From positions 35,092,001-35,156,000 of the forward strand of contig NC_043006.1 of assembly GCF_006345805.1 (NCBI RefSeq): a stretch of DNA of 64,000 nucleotides, given 5' to 3'. This DNA is from Octopus sinensis (taxonomy: Eukaryota). Of this stretch, positions 38,237-51,995 are shown piece by piece. Under the pieces are notes generated by a model. The model was given only the letters and a program-made list of their open reading frames with translations, was not told the DNA's origin and searched no databases. Made by a program: the position numbers and the translations under genes. Every line of letters starts with the position of its first letter. Position 1 is the first letter of the stretch.

Positions 38237-38669
38237 TCAAAATGAGGGTGAAAACATTGGATATTAATTTAATAACATCAATTTAACACTAGTGGTTTGG
38301 TGCATAAAAAACTATAAATATACATATACGTATATATACATACATACACCCTGTCTTAAGAAAAAACAACATATACGATCATGTATTGCGGCTATTTGCT
38401 TGTATGGAATATATTTATTTATATCTCTGCCTTTCAGGACTCGAATACAGCTGTCCAGTAGTAGCAGCCACGAGTCATTGTATATTGATGTGATTTGTAT
38501 GGTCCAAAGTTAAGCATAGGCATCGTCTACACAATAGAATATGTGTAGAGGTCATTGGATCGAAGACCTACCAGCGTATATTTATTTGCAACAAATGTGC
38601 ACCCCAGAATTCACCAAAAACTCTGGGTACTGGCTTGATGATATCGTTGGTGTATGTTATAGAACTTAC

Positions 38670-38700
38670 ATCCCTCCCCCAATGGCTGTCATGGAATGAT
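38670..38700 (-). other. Candidate spliced exon (31 nt, or start of a terminal exon)
   Basis: TTAAC branch-like site, ttattatatcatttcactgcAG acceptor, exon ATCATTCCATGACAGCCATTGGGGGAGGGAT, then GTAAGT donor. Confidence 0.3.
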
Positions 38701-39479
38701 CTGCAGTGAAATGATATAATAACAGGCATAGTTAACCCAGTAATTGTATGAATGATATCGATAAGAGCAGAAACGTTCCGTGCATAAACATAGTAACAAT
38801 ATACAGCTGAATAATCATTTAGGTGATTTAAGGAACCATAATGACATAATTCGTGATGCTTCTGTCGGAATTTATGTAAATCTTGGTTTATCAGATAGAT
38901 ATAGTTATTGATTTGTGAATAGAGCGAAAGTTTTGTCTGTTTTGGAAAGAAATAAGCCAAATGTCGGAAGCTGTCTCTGTCTTTATGAGTGGAGTGAGTA
39001 AAGTCAGCAGCAATCTGTAATGGAAGACAGGGGGTGAGCTATATCACACAAACAGTTTATCTGTAAATCACAGCGCTCACTATGCAGCATAATAACGGAT
39101 GTAAGATTGTGAGACACTCGAGCTGTTTCCATTTAGTAAAAATCAATTATAGATTCAAATTGAAGTCCAAACAAAAAGCTGATTAGTCTGGCTGGAATAT
39201 AAATTCTCACCATCTGCGGAAAGTTCGCATTAAAATGTAGTTCCAGTCAAATATTTTCAGGCATGAACTCTGCCTAAGAAAGACTTACGTCCTGTCCAAT
39301 GACCAAGCACATCATTCAATTATTTAATTCAATAAAACTGCAGATTAACACTTGCAAATAAGGAAATGTAACTTGATCTCCGTCGGTTTCGATGAAGATT
39401 ATTGCAGTTGTTCCAAGAGACTGATACAAATATCCATTGAACTACAATTTAAAGGCCTAATGTTGTTAAAACAATCCCA

Positions 39480-40165
39480 ATGTATTAACTGCATTTCAGC
39501 TTCGTACCTATCCTCACATACGATCATAAATGTTGGCTAATGACCGAAAGTGTTTTATCGTGTATACAAGCGGCGGAAATGGGGCTCCTCTGAAGGATGT
39601 CTAGAGTGACGTTATTCGACGGGACAGGATGCGTAGTTCGGAGATCAGGGAGTCCTTCCAGTTTGACAGGTTGCTTTTTTGGATTGAGAGGTCACAGCTC
39701 TGGTATTATGAATTTCTTTACTGCCCACAAGGGGCTAAACATAGAGGGGACAAACAAGGACAGACAAAGAGATTCAGTCGATTAGATCGACTCCAGTGCG
39801 GAAGTGGTACTTATTTATCGACCCCGAAAGGATGAAAGGCAAAGTCAACCTCGGCGGAATTTGAACTCAGAACGTAACGGCAGACGAAATACGGCTACGC
39901 ATTTCGCCCGACGTGCTAACGTTTCTGCCAGCTCACCGCAGCTCTGGTATTATGAACATGCGATTAGAATGTCAGAGACGTGCTAGAAGGATTCTGCAAG
40001 TCTAGTCAACTAGAAGGAGTCTAGGGGTAGACTAAGAATAAGATGGTTGGATAATGTTGGTCATGCTTGTGAATCCAGCTGGTAATTGTAATGATGGTGC
40101 TTCTGATAGAACACTATGGAGGAGGTACATCAAGACGCTACCTCTGTGACTCACCCAGAAAGAGT
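39480..40165 (+). mobile_element. RTE-clade (Rex3/Expander-like) LINE 3' end interrupted by a SINE
   Basis: FVPILTYDHKCWLMTESVLSCIQAAEMGLL...MRSSEIRES...LLFWIERSQLWYYEHAIRMS...RGRLRIRWLDNV, which resembles the RTE pattern YVPTLTYGHELWVMT..IQAAEM..RSSxIRE..IERSQLRWxGHxxRM..RGRPRxRW. Confidence 0.85.
39713..39938 (-). mobile_element. Young SINE (family B) with a perfect 18-bp TSD
   Basis: cagctctggtattatgaa at 39695-39712 and at 39939-39956. Confidence 0.95.
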
Positions 40166-40253
40166 GGGTGAAGAAAATATATGTATGTTTGAATATATGT
40201 GTGTGTGTGTGTGTATGTATAGATGGGTGGATGGATGGACAGGTGCCTATGTA

Positions 40254-40563
<310 letters not shown>

Positions 40564-42322
40564 TCCCGCGGGGACTTGAATTTTACATGTAGTACTCTGA
40601 AATCTTTTTGACACTGAGTGACAAGGCTGGTACTTTTAATTCCAAGTTTAGTCCATTCCACGGGCATCTCGTCCTCATGTTTGCTGTTTGCTAATTTCTA
40701 TACCAAGGCTCGAATCTTCTTGAGATTGAAGGTGCCAGGCCGTACGATCAAGCCAAGAACTTCATAGATATCCATATTATTCTCTGGGGAATTACTGGAG
40801 TCAGGGATGTTAGTGACCAGGGCAAAATTCTATTTAGGTCCATAGACAAGGTGCTAACGTCTACTGGGACGGAAATTTAGAATACGCGGAACAAATATTC
40901 TATAAAGGCCTGTGCGAAGTCATAGATTTGTAACTGAGGAGGTCATTGAAAAACATTGTGGGAAACATTTGGCAAATTTCCTATTACATTTAGATTGAGC
41001 AGGAAACTGTGTGGAAGCCTGTGCTATATACATTCATGTATGCATACACACAATCATTCACTCACACAGTATGTGTGTGTGTGTGTGTGAGTATGCATGC
41101 TTTGAGCTCAGTAGAATGTTCTGCACGCTACTCGCATAACTTGCGCGATGCTTCATCAGTCTATATAGAGCACATGGGAATTTTACCATTGTATATTTAA
41201 AAACAATAACATACATAAGTGCGTGATGGTCTTAAAGAGATCACGTGTTGTACATGCGCAGGTACTTGGCTGTAAATCGAGAGGTTTTTCTCACAGTACG
41301 GTTCGATAGTAGAGTGGAGGATGGAAATGAATCACGATTGTAAGTCTATACACGCGTGCGCGCGCTCGTGTGTGTGCGTGCAATACATATAGATGTGTGT
41401 GCGTGGATATATGCGGAAATATGCGAAGTTAGTTGGTGTAATACTTACTAACGCTTGAGGAATACAAAACTATTCATGAACTGAATAACCGTGCCGATGT
41501 CTGCTTAAGAGGAAGAACTTTGAAAAAGATGTCAGAAGCCTGTCAGAAACATCGACCTATTGTTTCAGTTCACTTTCTGATATATGCCACAGATTGTTCA
41601 TACCTTAGTTACTATTATTATTGTTGTTGTTGTTGTTGCTGTTATTGATTCTATTTAGCCTTGAAGCTATTTCGTTTTCGTTTCTCTAGGATATATGTGC
41701 GTGTGTGTATGTATGTGAATACGCAGAGGGCGTGGCTTCCGCCACTATTCACGCTTTGATATCTTATCTATCTTTTGTTACCAGCCTCCTACTTCTCCAC
41801 ACGCTATCATTTTACTTTCTGCCCTACCAATGTAAGTTGCTTAGATGGAATGTGTTATGACAAATGTCCCACTAAGTTTCGTACTTTGCGCTGTGAATAC
41901 TGAGGAGGTATATCGACTGTATTGCGTAATAATGACACCAAGGTTACCGAAACCTGCATATGATTTATAAAGCTTCAATTACTAATTAAATTTTCGGTCA
42001 AAGTAAACGGTTTGACCCGAGTAAAACAAAAAAAAAACAAGAAAAAAATTGAAAAATAGTGTAATAGATATACGCCAACTTGCTGTAAACGAATATGAAA
42101 CAAAAATGGGCGCTTGCGAACTCGATATGTTCTCTTATATATATTCGGCTGTTTTTCTTACACTTGCATTGAAACAATAAACTTAATTTAAAACTGTCAT
42201 GCACAAAAATACATCCATGCGTCAATGTTGGCAGATCTGGAGAGTGCTCTGCCGGGTACGTGGACTTAGGAGCAACCTTCGAAAGTGAACCCTCTTTCGC
42301 CTTGGTCATCTTGGACACTAAC

Positions 42323-42377
42323 CTCCGTAGGTTGAAGAGTCTGGTTTTGATGCTGGCTGCGTCGTCGTTGTAGAAGG
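42323..42377 (-). other. Candidate coding exon
   Basis: Acceptor aaagttttcAG and donor GAG|GTTAGT in a GC-richer island (about 42200-42380). All three frames are open (PSTTTTQPASKPDSSTYG, AFYNDDAASIKTRLFNLR, LLQRRRSQHQNQTLQPTE). Confidence 0.35.
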
Positions 42378-42437
42378 CTGAAAACTTTATAATTTTGCAT
42401 AATGCTTATACACACAAACTCATACACACTTATGTGC

Positions 42438-42482
<45 letters not shown>

Positions 42483-42584
42483 CTGTCTGTGTGAGTGTGT
42501 GTGTGTGTGTGTGTGTGTCTGTGTCTGTGTGAGTGTGTGCGTGTGTGTGTGTCCGTGTGCGTGTGTGTGTGTCTGTGCATCTAC

Positions 42585-42685
42585 GTTTCTCAGAATCGTC
42601 CTGAGATATTCGTTGTACTCCAACTTCCAATTCCTGTCTCTCTGCCACCACAAATACAGCAGACAATTAAGTGGTGAATGTGAAC
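42585..42685 (-). other. Candidate coding exon
   Basis: Strong acceptor gctgcttttttacAG, open frame (G)SHSPLNCLLYLWWQRDRNWKLEYNEYLRTILRN, weak donor GTAGAT. An alternative acceptor lies at 42641. Confidence 0.25.
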
Positions 42686-42716
42686 CTGTAAAAAAGCAGC
42701 ACTAGTCTTCACTAAC

Positions 42717-43112
42717 GGTGAGTTGGCAGAAAAGGTAGCACGCCGGGCGAAATGCTTAGCGGTATTTCGTTTGCCGCTACGTTCTAAGTTCAAATTCCGC
42801 CGAAGTCGACTTTGCATTTCATCCTTTCGGGGTCGATTAAATAAGTGCCAGTCACGCACTGTGGTCGATATAAGCGACTTAATCCCTTTGTCTGTCCTTG
42901 TTTGTCTTATCTGTATTTAGCCCCTTGTGGGTAGTAAATAAATAGGTATTTCGTCTGTCTTTACGTTCTGAGTTCAAATTCCGCCGAAGTCGACTTTGCC
43001 TTACATCCTTTCGAGGTCGATGAATTAAGTACCATTTGCGCACTGGGGTCGATCTAATCGACTGGCCCCCTCCTCAAAAATTTCGGGCCCTGTGCCTAGA
43101 TTAGAAAAGAAT
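42717..43112 (+). mobile_element. Dimeric SINE family B (full unit plus headless second unit with an alternative tail)
   Basis: Junction gtgggtagtaaataaata|ggtatttcgtctg at about 42925-42955. The second unit ends ...gatctaatcgactggccccctcctcaaaaatttcgggccctgtgcctaga. Confidence 0.9.
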
Positions 43113-46100
43113 ATAATAAATGAAAGCTACGTACTTGCTTCAAATACTTATCTTTATTTTCTTCTTTCTCTTATGCTGCCTCTAACTCATCTTTAATTGT
43201 TAATTTTTTTTCCAGCACCTTTCGAAATTTTGTCTAACATATGTAACCTCTAGCGTTCTATAATAACCTTCGTATTCTCTCATTCAATTTGTGCTGTTGT
43301 AGCTATATATGCATCATAATACATACATACTTACATATATGTGTGTGTGCGTGTGTGAGTGTGTGCATCAATGTGTGTATGTGCGTGTGTAATTTTCCCA
43401 TTTCCAATGATCAGGCTAATAGAAGTAATATCGAATAAAGTAGACTGTTCCGTACCTCAGCTACTTAGGACTGCTCATGCTGCTTCTGCGCTTGTTTATA
43501 ACAGTATTGACCCTTATCAAGAATACCTATGATCCGAAGGGTCTCATTTGTATTATTTGGTCATTTTTGTGGCGTAGAATATCTAGGATTACGTTACCCT
43601 ATGTTTCCAAGGTTAGTTAATACGCAAATCTAGTTCTTGTTACTCCAATGATCATATGACAGTTCCTACATCGGTCTATGCAGAAGTACAATCCTTTAAA
43701 TTTACGGGACCTAAATTTATTGTTTTCTACTAAGCTATTAATAATATGAGTTTCTTAAGTGTTCACTTTAATGAATCGCAACCAGGTGCCTCGTCGTTTT
43801 TTTTTTTTCTTTCATTGCCCTCGCTTAAAAGCAACCCAGACATTCCGAACTCAAGTATTTGTTGATTGATTCCCACAAACATATGAAGAAAACAGGAATG
43901 AAGAAGGGGAAGGAGGGTAGTAGCTCGATTTTGAAACAGTAGCAAATTACTTGTCATACTTGCTGAATAGGTGTTAACAAAATTGACTCGGCTGAACATT
44001 TATCGATTAGCATATGTACGAAAGAGATTTTAAAATTCCACGTTCGCTCTTTCGATCGTTTCTTCATTTCTCACTCACTCACTCAGTTACTCACTCACTA
44101 TTTTTCTCTTCTTTCTCTTTGCCTCTCTCTTTCTCTCTTTCTACTCTCTTTCTTTCCCTCATTTTCTCTGCTATTATGTCTATCTCTAATAATCGTTCAG
44201 CCTATCATATTGTGTTATTTTCTATTAGTCTGTTAAAATGTTTGTCTTCTTGTATATTTCCACTTGGAAACAAAGACTCAGATCGGCAATAATACAGCCT
44301 ATCATAAATTTATCGAAGCTGGTAGTTTAGATAATATTTATGGGACAAATTGCCGCAAACGGTTAGAATACAGGCCATAAAAGTGTCTTTTCAGAGATTA
44401 AGTGCAAATGTTTCAGCTAGACATAGAAAAAAACTAATGTGTAATGGCAATTTTAATAACATCTAACTTCTTCATTAGTTTTTAATATTTGGAGAGGTGA
44501 AATGACGAAGTGGATAAAGACATTCGGAGGGAAACATACTCTGGTGTGATTTCCTATTCACGTTGTCTTCAGGAAATCACAACACCACCATTAAAATATC
44601 TTTTAGTTCCTTTTCCCGATTGTCAGGTTCAAACGGGTAGTACCTACATTTAGCTATAGTAAAACAGCCATTTGTATATTATGTTTATAGAAGAGATATT
44701 TCGCCACCAACAAAGAAAAGCTGATTAAACATTAACCGATGTTACAAATAGCCACTCAGCTGAAGAAAATCCGTTATATGCAATAGAAGCATTATTAAAT
44801 TACTGTGGCCATTTGTATGTGGTACTTCCCCATAAGTATGATTTTAAACTGCACCCGGCACTGGGGCTCTGGTCCAGGAGGTTCAGAATTTGGAGGATTA
44901 TAGAAACATCTCTTTGCCACCATTGTTCTCAGGTCTGCTCTGCCCGGAGTAGTAGCATTTCTCAGCATCACAGCTATGGGTTAAAGAGCATGTAACCACT
45001 CGAGCCATGGTATGCTGAACTCATGGATTGCGACGTGGTGGATGTGGATAATTTCGGCAAATTTATTTGAGTAAGTGGCGAAGATCCCGATATTTTGAGG
45101 TGACTGACTATTCACAAACTTTCAGCGCCCACGCTCCACCAATTCAGTTAGCGAACTACTGCTATCGTCTGTAGTTGTGGCATTTCCGGATGAGTCATGT
45201 CAGGTCCCGAAAGACCAATGCATCTAGAACCGAAGCTAGACGTTTGTATTGCGTTGCTCGGTCGGAACGTTTGCTGTGGAGGAGGTTTTTGGTCCGGGTA
45301 AGTAACCCGACTGAATCATGTATCATTCTTAATGTTAATACAGTGAGATAGGCAAAGCTACTGAGTTCTTCGTCCTGAGATAATATCTCATATGAACGTG
45401 TTACAAGATATATTCGTAGCTGACGAAAATCCTCTCTCCAGCGACCGGTGAATATGCTCGATGTATGCTTGCCTCAACGGGCTTTGGCAGAGAGCATGTA
45501 CTCACGGCCAACCCCATACAAAGAAAAAAACGATTCCTTGCTGATATAAAAAAAAAACAGAGAATAAGCATTAATTGATGTTCCAAATAGCGGCCCGAAT
45601 GAATATAGTGACACAGCAGTATCAGAGGAAAATAAAACATGTGTCGCTAAATAGTAATAAAACGAGTTTAAACAGTGGACTTGTTTTCGTACCTTGGGGA
45701 AGAAGAAAAGGCTCGCGTTTCGTCAGAGAGACATGAAATGTTTGTTGATGTTACAGGATAAATATATTGAGATGAATAGTGAGAGTAGAAAAGGATTACA
45801 TGCTGTAGAATAACCGAAGAGGGAAAAGAATGATATAAGAGAAGTGGATTGAGTTGTAAAATTTGATTGTGGGGTGGATGTTACCTGTTCAATTTTATTC
45901 GTATATATATCAACTGTATTTGTTAACCGTAAGTATACAACATTTTTTCACCTTATTGACCTTCGATGAGGGAAAAGCCTACACCCTTCGACGCCAATGA
46001 ATTATTGTCCCTAAACATTGTTTTTTTTATACCCACTACTTACTGCACAAAGCTTACAAACTTCCTACACTTCGATCTTCTGATCTTACACTTATATATA

Positions 46101-46210
46101 TATGTGTACGTGTGGGTGGGTGTATACATAATGCACACATTCACACACACACACACACATACACACACGCACTGCAATCAAATGACTGAGACAAGTAAAA
46201 GAGTAAAAGG

Positions 46211-46249
<39 letters not shown>

Positions 46250-47223
46250 CTAGCAATGAGAGCTCATTCCAAACGCAAAATACTATATGCTTTTTCCAGT
46301 GATAAACCGTCGCTGATCTAGAAAAAGGAGAATCAAGCAATAATAAATCTCTGAGCGAGACGTAAACAGTCGCAGCACGGAATCGGGAACTATATTTTCC
46401 ACCTAAATGTAGCGAACCCAGAGGGGACGATGCTACTCTAGTTTATAGCCCTAGGAAGACATCTCTTCCAGCTGGCTAATGACACACAGTCTGTGTCTGA
46501 TTAGTATTTGCGAAGGGAAATCATCGTTCCCATCTCTATCCGTGTGATACACACGCGCGCGGGCATATACTACTCAAATGTGGATTGATACTCAAAATGT
46601 AATTATTCGTTTCGAATATATGTATATCAAACATATCTTTAATTTCGCACATTTAGACTATAAATACTGACTTACATTTGAAGAGATTAAATATTGTATT
46701 TCCATAAGGTTATGGATAACATTTAAATTTAGAAAAAAATACGGATCAAAAGTCTTTACTGTTAAAGCCATTGGGCAATGACATTAATTAGTCTAAAAGA
46801 CCGTATTTCGTCTTCCAATTTATGGCCATTTGATGTCAAGTATGTTCGATTACCAGTAAAGGGTTCTATTCTCTCATCGACATTAACGCAAATGTTTGAC
46901 TTTGAAAATTTAATCTTTGATTTTCAAATGGGTGTTCAGAGAGGCATTTCTGTTGGAGGTGGCATTGAATTGAGAGATAGTATGTAGAATTCTGCTATAT
47001 CTTGGGAGAGTAATAAATATATGCACCGCTTCTATTTCACTTCTTTATTTTTATTACTTGGCTAAACAATTAACAAATTAACTAATCGATTATTTTATTA
47101 GGCATTCGCAGAATCAATTTATCAGCTAGCTTTGTCGAAGTCCTATCGTCGCCATTCATAAACTCATTAATAACACGCTCTCACTACTTCAAGTGTGCTT
47201 CAGGTCTCTCTCTCTCTCCCCCC

Positions 47224-47256
<33 letters not shown>

Positions 47257-47770
47257 CTACTTTACAAGTTCTATATTTATATAGAATTGTTTTCTGGGTA
47301 TCAATTTTTTGGTATTAGTGCAATTCTGTGAATATTTTTTCGAATTATCTTTTCTTTTTTTTACCTCATATTCCTATTTAATCAAATTTGTTATTCGCAT
47401 TTGAAAATTTGAAAATGTCCTAATATATGATGAATTTTTGTATAGGAGGGGAACAGTAATTTCGAAATCAATGTTTGAGAAATTTATCCAGTTCAGTATT
47501 TTCATAGGAAAATGCATGTCATTTCAGTTTAGCTCTTGATACAGATTTTTCTAACAATGATATTTTTGGAGGACAGTACTCTTATACAAAGAAATGTACG
47601 CACACAAATACACACATCCCTACAATTACAAAACATATACACCCACAAATACATTGACAGAATTATACATATACATGTATGCATGCATATTATATATACA
47701 CATAAATATAGAAACTACTATAAATATGTTTATATATATACATACATACATACATACATATATATATATA

Positions 47771-48079
47771 TATCTCACGACCACGATCACGAGACCGACC
47801 AGACAATCAGATGTTGATACACATCGCTGGTCACAATGCGTTCGCATTGTTTTAGCCCTCGAATGACGCCACCCCGCTGGCTAAGCGAGCAGGCCAATAG
47901 AAGAAAGAGTGAGAGAAAGAGTGGTAAAAGAGTACAGCAGGGATCACCTTTGCTGGAGCCTCGTGGAGCTTTTAGGTGTTTTCTTTCAATAAACACTCTC
48001 AACGCTCGGTCGGGGAATCGAAACCGCGATCCTACGACCGCGAGTCCACTGCCGTAACCACTAGGCCATTGCGCCTTCA
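47771..48079 (-). mobile_element. Full-length SINE family A
   Basis: Reverse complement homologue of 11395-11706, flanked by catatatatatat. Confidence 0.9.
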
Positions 48080-48199
48080 TATATATATATCATGTGACTG
48101 ACTAGACTGTCGGATGTTGTTTATCACCGCTGGTCACAAAGCACTTTGCAAAGTGATACCTTTCAAACGACGCCACCCTGCAAGCAAACAGTTTGAGGA

Positions 48200-48378
48200 G
48201 GACTACATTCCTCCTGATCGGAAATCAAGATCGTCGCAGGGTTACCTATTTAAAGTGTACTCGAGCAAAACAAAATGAAGTGTCTTGCTCAAGAACGCAG
48301 CACGCTGCTTGGGCCAGGTATGGTAGTCACGATATAGCGATCGTGAATGCAAGACCCAAACCACCAGGCTACGCGCTT
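48200..48378 (-). mobile_element. Degenerate tRNA-derived SINE
   Basis: The minus strand starts gcgcgtagcctggtggtttgggtcttgcattcacgatcgctatatcgtgactaccatacc...gttcttgagcaagacacttcatttt, resembling the head of the 10663 copy. Confidence 0.6.
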
Positions 48379-48431
48379 ACACACACAATATATATACAAT
48401 AACATAAATAACATATACATATACATGTATG

Positions 48432-48539
<108 letters not shown>

Positions 48540-48870
48540 CAAACATATATATATATACATGCATATATATGCTCGAAATGAAGAGTAGGCAGACAGTCGC
48601 CAACTGATGAAGGGTCGTTCTGTATTACCTCTCCTGTTTTCCCTTTTTCTCTCGTTTGCGTATTTAACTCGTTTGTTTTCGTACTTCATGTTGCTTACAC
48701 AGTTGTGATTCCTGTACCCACATTTGGATATATATCTTTATGAGAGATGTTGGTATCCAGAAGACACAACGTGGCAGCTAAGGTTGTGTAAGTGAGACGG
48801 GAGGACTATAGTTAGACTCCCTGTTCGTTACTAATAAGAGTGAAAAATTCTATTTAGGCTCTTGTGTGAG

Positions 48871-49027
48871 CATGTATATGTTAAATAAAATGAGACAACA
48901 AAGCCAAGGTTGTGTGGAATTTTCAGGACATTTATAAAAAGAAAGTTACAATCGTTTCCTTTATAAATGTCCTGCAAATTCCACACAGCCTTGACTTTGT
49001 TATCTCATTTTCTTTAACACACACATG
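48871..49027. repeat. 157-bp imperfect hairpin (about 73-bp arms, about 10-nt loop)
   Basis: catgtatatgttaaataaaatgagacaacaaagccaaggttgtgtggaattttcaggacatttataaaaagaaa versus its reverse complement at 48955-49027. Confidence 0.88.
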
Positions 49028-49430
49028 TATATATATATACTCAAACACATGCCCACGCACAGATAGAAAGGGAGGGAGAAACTGGGAGAGATATAGGGGT
49101 GTGCTTTGAGTGTTCGACATAATATGAATTAATTAATCAATTAAATAAAATTTTGAATAGCTGTCAATGACACGAGCAGACAGAAACGCGTTGGTGTTAT
49201 AATGTTATTCTATTATTATGTATCATGGTATTTTATCTCGTTCTTCTTTAATTACTTTCCCGATGGCACATTCTTAGCGTTCGTGATAATTCCAGATTGG
49301 GGTTCTTAAATATGTATTTGTCCTTTCATAAATATACAGTGACAGGGATAAGGAAATGCAGCATATTTCAACACATATACATACGCACACACACATACAA
49401 GTATGTTGGTATATACACACACATATATAC

Positions 49431-49492
<62 letters not shown>

Positions 49493-49504
49493 TATATATG
49501 TATA

Positions 49505-49582
<78 letters not shown>

Positions 49583-49585
49583 TAC

Positions 49586-49681
<96 letters not shown>

Positions 49682-49685
49682 TAGA

Positions 49686-50962
49686 TATCCGGTGCGGTGA
49701 ATAAATTGTCGTTTAAATTACGCAAACAATGAAAAGAACATTGACAACTCATTTTAAGAGATATATTTACCAAAATTACATAGAAATATCTTGAAATACT
49801 AAAGAGTAATTTATTCAATAAAATCACCATCGGCTCCAAACACAGCATCCAGACGACTTCAGAATCTCTTGCAACCCTTCTGGACGGTTTCCTTATTTAA
49901 GTTTGCGAATTCTGCCATATCCTTGCTTTCGGTTTATCTTCACTTTTCTTGTTTTCTTGCTCAACTGCGCCCCACACGAAATAATCAAGAAGTTTGCAAT
50001 CTGGGGATTTAGGTGGCCATATGTTAAGGGTGATGTGTTCGAGGAAATTTTCTGAGAGCCACGAATGTGTTCTCCTTCTCGTGTGGAATGGACCAGAGTC
50101 CTGTTGTCTTCCAGCACCCACCCTCTTCACACAGTGCAGCAGTACCTTCTACAGACACTTGATGTACGCCTCAGTGTTGAGTCTGAGGCTGTGTGGGAAG
50201 AACAATGGAGGCATTACGTCGCCATCACTAGTGATCACTCCAAACACCATAATGTTGACTAATGTTTGATTTTTATCACTCTCGATTCATGTTTTGGGAA
50301 CACGGCAATCAAACAGTTGTTCTCTGTGTTCACCATCTGATCCTGGTAGAAAATTTTCTCGTCTGAGGAAACCAAAGGATGTTCGGTTGGAAGGGTTGTT
50401 TGAATTTGTCCAAAAGCTTCGTAGCGCGGTCTTTCCTCTTTAACTTGATGGCTTGGGATAAAAATTGGCCCTTTCTTATCTTGTGAGAGTAATACGAATG
50501 TCGGCGTGCGTTACCTGCTTGATAAGAAACACAGACACTTCCATGTCCCTTACGATGGGCCTGAAGGACTTAGCGGGCTCGATGCGATGTCAATCATGGC
50601 CTTGATTTCACCAAGAATTTCAGACCTTCTTTTTTGCCATAACGATGAGAGTGGGTTTTCCGAGCTGCCGTACGTTCGTAACCACAATTAAACTTATTCA
50701 ACTCTTTCCGAATCTTCTGCTCAGTCCTCAGATCGACATCTGAACACTCTGAAATGTTCGTATTTGAGCTTCCAGCGCGAATGCCAGGTGGCACAGTATG
50801 TAGTTTCTAAATTTCTGGTATAGTGCATTGCATCGTAGTGATGTCCTTCTCACAGATAGTGCCCAGCTGACCCTGCTATACTGTGTTGTCGATAAAAAGA
50901 AAAACGATGTTCAGGCATGAAATTAAAAATTGCTGGTGACAATATAACCATCGTACCCTGTA
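49686..50962 (-). mobile_element. Near full-length DD37D (maT-type) Tc1/mariner transposon; transposase pseudogene about 49811-50833
   Basis: GIRAGSSNTNISEC..., SSDEKIF-like first-D region, IMVFGVITSDGDVMPP, QQDSGPFHT (second D), WPPKSPDCKLLDYFVWG (third D) and ...DGDFIE*. Imperfect TIRs tatccggtgcggtgaataaattgtc / gacaatataaccatcgtaccctgta, with stops and frameshifts. Confidence 0.92.
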
Positions 50963-51059
50963 TATCTATATGTATATACATATACATGTATATATACATG
51001 TATATATACATATATATATACATATATATACATACATACATACATATATATATACATAT

Positions 51060-51237
<178 letters not shown>

Positions 51238-51514
51238 TTATATACACACTCACACAGAGTTAAGTATGTATGTATTCTTATGTAGGTGTGCATGTATGTA
51301 TCTATGTATGTATTTGTAATAAAGAAGTCAAACCGAACCGATATTTTGAAATCATTTAATATGAACGTTTCTGGCTTCCGTAATGTCTATTAGGAAAAAC
51401 ATCCTTTAGATAAATACCGCTCAGTTAAAACTTTCACATAAATATATGTATGTACGTATCTACGTAGATACACGTACATACATACATACATACATACATA
51501 CATACATACATACA

Positions 51515-51631
<117 letters not shown>

Positions 51632-51834
51632 GTACACACACACTCATATATATAATCTCCATACTGACGTATTTTTACGATGTGATTATGAAATATGATA
51701 TATATGAACGTCGACAAGCTTTGCTCAGAAATATTAATCTAATAGAATAATCCGTTATACTGCTTCGAATGTGGATTGAAAAGCTTCATTTGAATTTTTC
51801 TTGTTTCCAAACTATCTTCATTTATTACTTTCAA

Positions 51835-51995
51835 ATTTTGGCACAAGGCCAGTCATTTCGGGGTAGGAGTTAAATCGGCAACATCCACCGCAGTGTTCAA
51901 CGAATACTTATTTTATCGACTGCGAAAGGATAAAAAGCAGAGTCGATCTCGCGAGATTTGAACACAGAACATGAAGACGGACTAAATACTGCCTT
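51835..51995 (-). mobile_element. Degenerate SINE (family B-related)
   Basis: ttatcgactgcgaaaggataaaaagcagagtcgatctcgcgagatttgaacacagaac matches the family B core. Confidence 0.7.

Noticed and set aside
38568-39016. 130-aa minus-strand ORF with an upstream acceptor at about 39017
   Set aside because: AT-rich with no recognisable motif; only the short internal exon candidate was retained.
41110-41170. Minus-strand CTGATGAAGCA...TGCAGAAC motif
   Set aside because: AGAA instead of GAAA and no UH site; too degenerate to call.
41895-41962. CTGAGGA-GGTA...TACC-GAAAC hammerhead-like core
   Set aside because: The core and stem II are present, but no stem III/UH site or convincing stem I follows; at most a dead relic.
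48565-48660. CTGATGAAGGG motif in a Penelope-like pyrimidine-rich repeat
   Set aside because: There is no downstream stem II-GAAA, and a permuted fold lacks a valid cleavage triplet.
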